From IMG/VR virus record IMGVR_UViG_3300023106_000004, positions 1 to 55,987 of that record: 55,987 nt of DNA; one strand, 5' to 3'. The DNA is from a virus. Position numbers and translations under genes: made by a program. Positions 49,895-55,987 of this stretch are shown in pieces (the first letter of the stretch is position 1; the number at the start of each line of letters is the position of its first letter). Under the pieces are notes generated by a model, which saw only the letters and a program-made list of their open reading frames with translations, searched no databases and was not told the DNA's origin.

Positions 49895-51451
49895 ATGGTT
49901 TGCGCAATTAATAAAATCGATTCAAACATTACCGGTTTAGCTTTTGCTGAAGAGGTTTGTTTGAAACAATTACCTGCTACGGTGCCAGATGGTTTTGAAC
50001 CCACATGGTACGGGTTAGAGCCTAATAGTTATTCTGATTTAGGTGGTGAAATCTCTACGGTTGCACGCGCACCTATTGATCCGTCACGCCAAAATAAGAA
50101 GGGTACTATTACCGACTTGGATGCATCGGGCGGTTTCAATACCGACTTTACGCAATCCAATATGACTCGTTTATTGCAAGGTTTCTTCTTTGCAGATGCG
50201 CGTCAACCATCTAGCACGCAACCTTTAAACGGTACGCAAATTCCTGTAACTGGTGTTGTTGGTTCGTCTAAGACGTATTCGGCTGCATCCGGTTTGGCCG
50301 TCTTTGCAGTGTCTAATTTGATCGAAGCCACAGGCTTCAATCAAGCATCTAACAACGGTTTAAAGACTGTTGCAACCTCTGCCGCAGGTGCTATTACAGT
50401 TGCCGAAGTTCTGGTTGATGAAGCAAGCCCGCCAGCTACCGCACGTTTAGACCGCGTAGGCTTTCAGTTTGCATCGGCCGATATTAACATTGCGGTTACT
50501 GCCGGTATTCCATCGCTGACGGCTACGGCTGCAACGTTTAATACTAATGCAGATTTGTTTCCTGGCAAGTGGATTTTCTTAGGTGACGATACTGTAGGTA
50601 ATCGTTTTGCAAATAACGTTGGTTATGCGCGCATCAAATCGATTGCAGCTAAGTCTATCACGTTTGACCAAACGACTTGGACGCCAGTTAACGAAACGGG
50701 CACAGGTAAGACTATTCGTATTTATGTGGGCACTTCCATTAAAAACGAATTGCTACCATCGCTGATTAAAAAGCGTAGCTATAATATTGAACGTCAATTA
50801 GGTTTAGGCGCGTCCGCTACTCAAGCTGAGTATTTGGAAGGTGCAGTTGCTAATGAATTCACGCTGAATATTCCACAAGCTGACAAGCTGAATGCCGATC
50901 TTTCGTTTATTGCTAGTGGTAATACGCAACGTTCGGGCGAAAGTGGCGATTTGATTAAAGCTGGTACGCGAGTTGCTGCTCCTGGTGAAGATGCGTTCAA
51001 TACGTCATCTAATATCTATCGCATGAAGCTGTCTGTTGTTGATCCTACATCCTCTAATCCTACGTCTTTATTCGGTTACGCAACTGAAGCAAATGTTTCG
51101 ATTAATAATGGTGTGACTCCAGATAAAGCAATTGGTGTATTAGGCGGATTCGACGTTAGCTTAGGTAACTTTGAAGTTGGCGGTTCGGTTACTGCTTATT
51201 TCACTACTGTTGCTGCCGTTAAAGCTGTTCGTAATAACGCTGACGTAGGTTTACATATCATTGCAGCTTCTAAGAATGCAGGTTTCATCTTTGACATTCC
51301 ATTATTGGGCTTAGGTGGTGGTCGTGTGACGGTTGAAAAAGATGCGCCTGTCATGTTGCCATTGGAAACCGCCGGTGCACAAAATGCTAACGGTTATACG
51401 ATGCTTTATGACAACTTCCCATATCTGCCGAATATTGCTATGCCGGTCTAA
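49895..51451 (+). CDS. major tail (tube) protein, 518 aa
   Basis: Synteny (after the terminator-like gene, before the chaperones and tape measure); strong RBS and a strong downstream terminator imply high expression. Confidence 0.6.
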   Translation: MVCAINKIDSNITGLAFAEEVCLKQLPATVPDGFEPTWYGLEPNSYSDLGGEISTVARAPIDPSRQNKKGTITDLDASGGFNTDFTQSNMTRLLQGFFFADARQPSSTQPLNGTQIPVTGVVGSSKTYSAASGLAVFAVSNLIEATGFNQASNNGLKTVATSAAGAITVAEVLVDEASPPATARLDRVGFQFASADINIAVTAGIPSLTATAATFNTNADLFPGKWIFLGDDTVGNRFANNVGYARIKSIAAKSITFDQTTWTPVNETGTGKTIRIYVGTSIKNELLPSLIKKRSYNIERQLGLGASATQAEYLEGAVANEFTLNIPQADKLNADLSFIASGNTQRSGESGDLIKAGTRVAAPGEDAFNTSSNIYRMKLSVVDPTSSNPTSLFGYATEANVSINNGVTPDKAIGVLGGFDVSLGNFEVGGSVTAYFTTVAAVKAVRNNADVGLHIIAASKNAGFIFDIPLLGLGGGRVTVEKDAPVMLPLETAGAQNANGYTMLYDNFPYLPNIAMPV

Positions 51452-51471
51452 TAAACCATAGTACACTACAA

Positions 51472-51500
51472 GGGCCGCGTAACACCGGCCCTTTTCTTTT
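51472..51500 (+). terminator. rho-independent terminator
   Basis: GGGCCG-CGTAACAC-CGGCCC followed by TTTTCTTTT. Confidence 0.65.
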
Positions 51501-51523
51501 GTCTAAATTTAGGAGTTACATTA

Positions 51524-51943
51524 ATGAGTCTGTATAAAAACTACGCCACCGATTCGGTTAAAGAACAAACCGGAGTGCCAATTACGTTTGAACCTAATGA
51601 TGATGGGACTATTCCTACTTTTATTTGTTCGCGTATTGGTGAATCAAATAAAGAATATACAAAAGCATTGCGGCATGCAACTAAGCCTTACGAACGTCAA
51701 ATTGCCCTAAAGACTTTGCCACAAGAAAAAGATGCTGAAATTTATTTGAATGTGTTTGTGGATACGATCTTAAAGGGTTGGTCTAATGTTCGTGATGAAA
51801 CGAATGTTGATATGCCATTTAATAAAGCTAACGCTAAGAAGTTGCTAACAGACTTGCCCGATTTGTATACCGAATTGAAAAATCAAGCTGGTGAAGCTGC
51901 ATTGTTTCATAAGTACGGATTGGAAGACGAAGCAAAAAACTAA
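51524..51943 (+). CDS. tail assembly chaperone
   Basis: AGGAG RBS; 139 aa; ...ILKGWSNVRDE...PFNKANAKKLL... pattern; position before the tape measure. Confidence 0.55.
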   Translation: MSLYKNYATDSVKEQTGVPITFEPNDDGTIPTFICSRIGESNKEYTKALRHATKPYERQIALKTLPQEKDAEIYLNVFVDTILKGWSNVRDETNVDMPFNKANAKKLLTDLPDLYTELKNQAGEAALFHKYGLEDEAKN

Positions 51944-51951
51944 TAGAAGTT

Positions 51952-52302
51952 TTGGCGTATTTGCTTGAACATGGGCCAAACGAGCAAAATATAGCTAGGC
52001 AAGCTCTGCAAATGGGTCAACCATTACCAGACTTCTTAGTTAATGCGCCAAAACTACAATTAGGCTTGCAAGTATTTTTGCAAGCCTTTTTTGATTTAGA
52101 TAGCGAACGGTCTAACGGTATGGGGGTTACAATGATCCCTTGGAGTAGTATAAAAAACTACGCACAGGCTTATGATTTTGATACTGAATTGACAGAAGAT
52201 TTAATTTATTTAGTTCGGCAAATGGATATTGCCCACACTAAGAGAATGGAAGAAAAATCAAAGGTTAACGATGGCGCGAACTCTAGGCGGATTGGCGGAT
52301 AG
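51952..52302 (+). CDS. second tail assembly chaperone-like protein
   Basis: PKLQLGLQVFLQAFFDLDSERSNGMGVTMIPWSSIKNYAQAY...DLIYLVRQMD resembles small chaperones found upstream of tape measures. TTG start, uncertain. Confidence 0.5.
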   Translation: MAYLLEHGPNEQNIARQALQMGQPLPDFLVNAPKLQLGLQVFLQAFFDLDSERSNGMGVTMIPWSSIKNYAQAYDFDTELTEDLIYLVRQMDIAHTKRMEEKSKVNDGANSRRIGG

Positions 52303-52690
52303 GTTAGATAAATTGGCGGAAGAATCGCCAAAAATGGGTTCTAATTTGGCCGTTAAAACTGCATTTATCGGCTTAAAAGTTTTGTATAACCGGACGCCTG
52401 TTGACACTTCACAGGCTGTTTCTAACTGGATAGTTTCTTTAGAGAAACCTGATTACAGGTTTATTGATCCATATGTACCGGGTTATTTAGGTTATACGGC
52501 TGCATCTAGTATTGCTGCCGCAATGATGCAAGCTGAAAACATTTTAGCTACTAAGAAGCCTGGACAAACAATTTATATTACCAATAACGCGCCGTATATT
52601 CGTGATTTAAATTCCGGTACGTCTAGACAAGACCCGGGCGGATTTGTGGAAGCATCGGCTTTAATTATGCGCAAGTCGCTAAAACATTAG
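52271..52690 (+). CDS. HK97 gp10-like tail-completion family protein (tentative)
   Basis: RTPVDTSQAVSNW resembles the vDTGnLrnS motif; ATG at 52271 inside track ORF 52229..52690; 32-nt overlap with the upstream gene. Confidence 0.45.
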   Translation: MARTLGGLADRLDKLAEESPKMGSNLAVKTAFIGLKVLYNRTPVDTSQAVSNWIVSLEKPDYRFIDPYVPGYLGYTAASSIAAAMMQAENILATKKPGQTIYITNNAPYIRDLNSGTSRQDPGGFVEASALIMRKSLKH

Positions 52691-52697
52691 GATTAAT

Positions 52698-55600
52698 ATG
52701 GCTGACGAAAGTGTAGTTATTGAGATTATCGACAAAGTAGATAATTCTATTGCGTCAAAAATTAAAGCAATCGCAACCGAAGCAAGGGCCGGGCAAACAT
52801 CATTAAATAGTCTTCAAGACGCTATTAATAAATTAGACGGTACAAAATTACAAAGCATTGTTAATAACTCCAGTTTGGCTAGTTCGGCATTAAATAAACT
52901 AGCTACCGCACAATCGCAATTAGCTACAGCACAAGCAAAGACTGCACAGGCCACGGCACAGGCTCAAGCGGCGCAGTCGCGCGCTACGGCTGCGGCAACT
53001 GCCGCCCAGGTGGCTACCGAAAAGCTTGCCGCCGCAGAGGCTAGGACGGCTGCTGCGCGTGATGCTGCCACGAAGTCAGCACTTAGCCTAGCTGCCGCCC
53101 AGGATCGCGCCACAGCCCGTGCTAAGGCCGCTGCCGATGCAGCTACCGCCGCCGCTGTGGCCGCTGCAAAAGGAACAAGCGCCATTGAAAAACAAGGTGT
53201 AGCGTTTAACAAATCTGGAATTTCTGTTAAACAATATAACGCTGCAATGCGTGGGGTTCCTGCGCAGATTACCGATATTGTTGTATCGTTACAAGGCGGA
53301 CAACGCCCTCTAACTGTTTTGCTGCAACAAGGCGGACAATTAAAAGATATGTTCGGCGGTGTATTGCCTGCATTGCGGGCGTTATCTGTGGGCTTACTGG
53401 CGCTGATTAATCCATTTACAGCCGTAGGTGCAGCAATCGCATTGTTTCTTTTTTCAATGTATAAAGTTGAAACGGCAATGCGAGAATTGAATGGTTTAGC
53501 TGCACAGTTTGCAGCAACCGGACGAAGTGATATCGATAAAAGTTTCATTGTTCAATTACGTAAAGAATTGATGCTTTTACCGGATGTGTCTAAAGCCGCC
53601 GCAAATGAAATTATTTCTTCTTTTGCTGAAGTTAGAAACGTTAGCTCTACTACGTTAAAAGCTGCCGCTGGTGTAGTTTCTGACTTAGCAACCGCATTGG
53701 GTACAGATACCCCTAAAGCTGCTAAAACTTTAGCTGATGCTTTAAAAGACCCTGTTAAGGGTGCTATTGATCTAGATGAAAAGTTAGGTTTCTTAACTGA
53801 AACTGATTTTAAAACGATCAAAAGTTTGCAGGATTTAGGTAAAACTGCCGAAGCTCAGAAAATCATTATTGATAGGTTAAGTGGCGCAATTGGTGGCTTA
53901 ACTAATGATTCGATGACGCCATTGCAAAAAGCGACAACTGATTTAGGTAATGCGTGGAATAAGTTTACTGGTGAAATGGCTAATACCGGCCCTATTGCCG
54001 CCGCAAATGCTTTCTTAGCTAAAACATTAGACGGTTTAACTTGGATTTTGGATAAGCTTTCAAGCTGGAAAATGCCCACATGGTTAGAAGGCATGTTCAA
54101 AGGTGGCTTGAATGGCATGGTGGCTAATGCGTTAGGCATGAATGACCAAAAAGGCGGTGCTACTGGCTCATGGGAACAGCCGCGTACACGCACGGCTGCA
54201 CAATTAAAGCCTACCAAATTAAAGACTGACGCGGCAGGTATTACGGGTAAAAAAGGTTCAGATAAAACTGAAGAAAACCGCGCTACAGCTTTAGCTAAAG
54301 TTAATCTGCAATTAGATAATCAGCTAAAAGTTATGCGTATGCTTGGCCCTGAAGCTGAGAAATATGAAATGTTTAGCCGTATTGAAGAAGGTTTAATTGG
54401 TCGCAAAATTAAATTAAATGCTGAAGAAACGCAAACAATTAAAGACAAAATTGCCGCTATTGTAAATGGCCGTGAACTGCAACAGGAAACTAACCGTATT
54501 TACGAAGAATCGGTTTCACCTTTACGTAATTATCAAACGTCTTTGCAAGCAATTAATAATTTGCTAGAGGCCGGTACGATTACACAAGCTGATGCCAATA
54601 AGCAAACTTTACTAGCTTTCCAAGCATATGAGAAAATTAACGCACCGTTAAATGAGTATCACAAGGCGCTAGACGATGAAGCTGCATTGCGTAAGTTTCA
54701 CGGTACTCAATTAGAGCAAGAAACCGCACAACAGAACATTATTAACGATTTGTTGACTAAAGGTATTGTTTTACGTAAAGACGAATTACAGACGCTGTTT
54801 GATCGTATCAAAGCCGGTCGTGAACTTAACGCAATTCACGCGGCAGAGAATCAATTAATTGCGGATTCTGTGGGCAAACGTCAAGCCGAAATTACACAGT
54901 TAACTGCAATTAAGAATTTAAAAGCTGATCCGAAAAGCGGATTTACTGAAGGCGATGCTTCTAAAGCTACTGCCGATATTCTACAATCGTCGGGATTTGA
55001 TACGTCAATGTTGCAAGTTGGTGCTGACGCACAAGTTGCAGTTTATCAAAGCATGTACGACAAGATTAAACAGTTGCGCGAAGCAAATTTGATTAATGCA
55101 CAAGATGCAGCAATGTTAGAGGCGCAAGTTAAGATTAAACAACTTGATACGCAGACGGCATTTGCACAAAGTTACTTTACCGGTTTAGCGCAATTATCAA
55201 ATTCCTCTAACAAAAAGTTAGCGACTATTGGTAAAGCTGCCGCAATCAGCAATGCTATTATTGACACGTACAAGGCCGCTACGGGCGCGTATGCGTCCCT
55301 AGCGTCTATCCCCTTTGTCGGACCTGCATTGGGTGCTGCTGCCGCTGCTGCCGCCATTGGCGCGGGTATGGCGAACGTGCAAGCCATTCGGTCACAGGGA
55401 TACAAAGAAGGCGGCTACACCGGCAATCTACCAAAGAGTGCTGTAGCTGGTTCGGTTCACGGTCAAGAGTATGTTATGGATGCTGCAACTACTTCGCGTA
55501 TCGGTGTTGACAATTTAGATGCAATGCGACGTAACGGTAGATTGCCCACAGGTGGCAACAATACTGCGCCTGCTGTAAATCAAAACAATAACAACATGAA

Positions 55601-55724
55601 AATTATTAATCTGTTGGACCCTAGCATTGTCGGTGATTATTTAGCTACCGCTGAAGGTGAACAATTAATTGTTAACACTATGCGAAATAATCGTGATAGC
55701 CTTAACGCTGCTGGTGCATCCTAA
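52698..55724 (+). CDS. tape measure protein (1008 aa)
   Basis: Length; Ala-rich coiled coils; internal hydrophobic segments (LSVGLLALINPFTAVGAAIALFLF; FVGPALGAAAAAAAIGAGMA); position. Confidence 0.85.
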   Translation: MADESVVIEIIDKVDNSIASKIKAIATEARAGQTSLNSLQDAINKLDGTKLQSIVNNSSLASSALNKLATAQSQLATAQAKTAQATAQAQAAQSRATAAATAAQVATEKLAAAEARTAAARDAATKSALSLAAAQDRATARAKAAADAATAAAVAAAKGTSAIEKQGVAFNKSGISVKQYNAAMRGVPAQITDIVVSLQGGQRPLTVLLQQGGQLKDMFGGVLPALRALSVGLLALINPFTAVGAAIALFLFSMYKVETAMRELNGLAAQFAATGRSDIDKSFIVQLRKELMLLPDVSKAAANEIISSFAEVRNVSSTTLKAAAGVVSDLATALGTDTPKAAKTLADALKDPVKGAIDLDEKLGFLTETDFKTIKSLQDLGKTAEAQKIIIDRLSGAIGGLTNDSMTPLQKATTDLGNAWNKFTGEMANTGPIAAANAFLAKTLDGLTWILDKLSSWKMPTWLEGMFKGGLNGMVANALGMNDQKGGATGSWEQPRTRTAAQLKPTKLKTDAAGITGKKGSDKTEENRATALAKVNLQLDNQLKVMRMLGPEAEKYEMFSRIEEGLIGRKIKLNAEETQTIKDKIAAIVNGRELQQETNRIYEESVSPLRNYQTSLQAINNLLEAGTITQADANKQTLLAFQAYEKINAPLNEYHKALDDEAALRKFHGTQLEQETAQQNIINDLLTKGIVLRKDELQTLFDRIKAGRELNAIHAAENQLIADSVGKRQAEITQLTAIKNLKADPKSGFTEGDASKATADILQSSGFDTSMLQVGADAQVAVYQSMYDKIKQLREANLINAQDAAMLEAQVKIKQLDTQTAFAQSYFTGLAQLSNSSNKKLATIGKAAAISNAIIDTYKAATGAYASLASIPFVGPALGAAAAAAAIGAGMANVQAIRSQGYKEGGYTGNLPKSAVAGSVHGQEYVMDAATTSRIGVDNLDAMRRNGRLPTGGNNTAPAVNQNNNNMKIINLLDPSIVGDYLATAEGEQLIVNTMRNNRDSLNAAGAS

Positions 55725-55987
55725 TGGCTAGAGTGACAACTACTCTTTTCGGCAATCTGGCGTTAATTCCTGCGCCTGCTGTAGTGCCATGTGTTGAATC
55801 GCTTCAATTCTTAACTGATATGTCCGAATCTAATGATGGTTCGGAACAAAACATTCAGTTAAGAACTAAGGCGCGCCAAACGTTACAATATCAAATACCG
55901 CTAAAGCCTGCAACTGATGCTGACGTATTCAATACGGGTTACGGCGCTTTGCGTAAAAAATGGGCCATTCCGTTATGGATTGAGGCT
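55724..55987 (+). CDS. minor tail protein, 5' part (continues at 128 after the duplicated 127 bp, ends at 1027)
   Basis: The ATG overlaps the tape-measure stop (TAATG); open to the end of the window in the frame that continues into 2..1027. Confidence 0.6.
   Translation, partial: MARVTTTLFGNLALIPAPAVVPCVESLQFLTDMSESNDGSEQNIQLRTKARQTLQYQIPLKPATDADVFNTGYGALRKKWAIPLWIEA
55861..55987. repeat. 127-bp exact copy of 1..127
   Basis: Base-by-base identity with the start of the window. Confidence 0.95.

Noticed and set aside
52229-52302. Programmed -1 frameshift of the G/GT tail-chaperone type
   Set aside because: The overlapping ORF is in the +1 frame, not -1. I see no canonical X XXY YYZ slippery heptamer in the overlap. 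The downstream ORF has its own ATG (52271) and a gp10-like motif.
52964-54217. Minus-strand ORFs inside the tape-measure gene (52964..53548, 53552..53821, 53855..54217)
   Set aside because: They are shadows of the Ala-rich (GCN) coding sequence. The 1008-aa + frame is continuous and syntenic.
1-55987. Known uptake sequences and E. coli Chi as an explanation for the abundant word
   Set aside because: I did not see GCCGTCTGAA-type DUS, AAGTGCGGT or ACAAGCGGT. GCTGGTGG occurs only about twice (12826 and 45660), which is chance level. The abundant word is therefore something else.
1-55987. Lysogeny module, integrase, transposase, reverse transcriptase/DGR, toxin-antitoxin or recognisable defence/anti-defence genes
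   Set aside because: None of the ORFs shows tyrosine/serine recombinase, CI/Cro-pair, RT (YxDD) or other such motifs by eye. Absence of evidence only: many small ORFs are uninterpretable without searches.

Overview
The window is a complete tailed-phage (Caudoviricetes) genome. Bases 1..127 are repeated exactly at 55861..55987, so the unit length is 55,860 bp and the contig is a circular or terminally redundant assembly. One tail gene starts at 55724, crosses this junction and ends at 1027. Gene order is that of a long non-contractile-tail (sipho-type) phage.

Late rightward block: an SGNH-esterase mini-operon (33842..35489); a lysis cassette (35676..37205: TM protein, holin, lambda-R-type endolysin, overlapping i-/o-spanins); small and large terminase; a DUF1073-type portal; a Mu-F/SPP1-gp7-type head morphogenesis protein; scaffold; a DUF2184-type major capsid protein; head-tail joining genes that enclose a LamG + 14 x (20/21 aa) repeat fibre; major tail protein; chaperones; a 1008-aa tape measure. 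The tail tip that follows is lambda/GTA-like: a BR0599-like hub, a gpI-like protein, a 1201-aa J-like host-specificity protein ending in a YVTN-type beta-propeller, and two small fibre/LamG proteins.

Leftward block 7020..17113: family-B DNA polymerase, beta-clamp-like protein, SF2 helicase, Cas4-like PD-(D/E)XK nuclease, DUF669/Sak4-type pair, deoxyribosyltransferase-like protein, tRNA-Leu(UAA), MazG-like pyrophosphatase.

Rightward early block 17275..33576: HTH protein, prim-pol/DUF3987 primase-helicase, a short C5-methyltransferase-like protein, about 50 small ORFs (many below the 60-aa cut-off of the supplied track), VRR-NUC nuclease, TraR-type zinc finger and dCMP deaminase. A family of near-identical TATAAT promoters punctuates this block.

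I saw no integrase or lysogeny module, no rRNA and no CRISPR array.

Strongest hunt results:
1. An asymmetric word, CTGTGGGCA/TGCCCACAG, occurs 26 times (8-mer core 42 times) against a chance expectation of about 0.4 (1.7). It lies in all reading frames, in terminator hairpins and at start signals, and its orientation nearly alternates along the genome.
2. An early phage gene encodes a secreted protein with a textbook PEP-CTERM (exosortase) sorting signal.
3. A roughly 1-kb insert is about 62% G+C in a roughly 40% G+C genome. It holds two foreign ORFs, one wired behind a duplicated native terminator-promoter cassette.
4. An iteron + AT-rich origin-like region lies next to a stand-alone paralogue of the primase-helicase C-terminal domain.

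All family assignments come from motif recognition by eye. No database search was possible.
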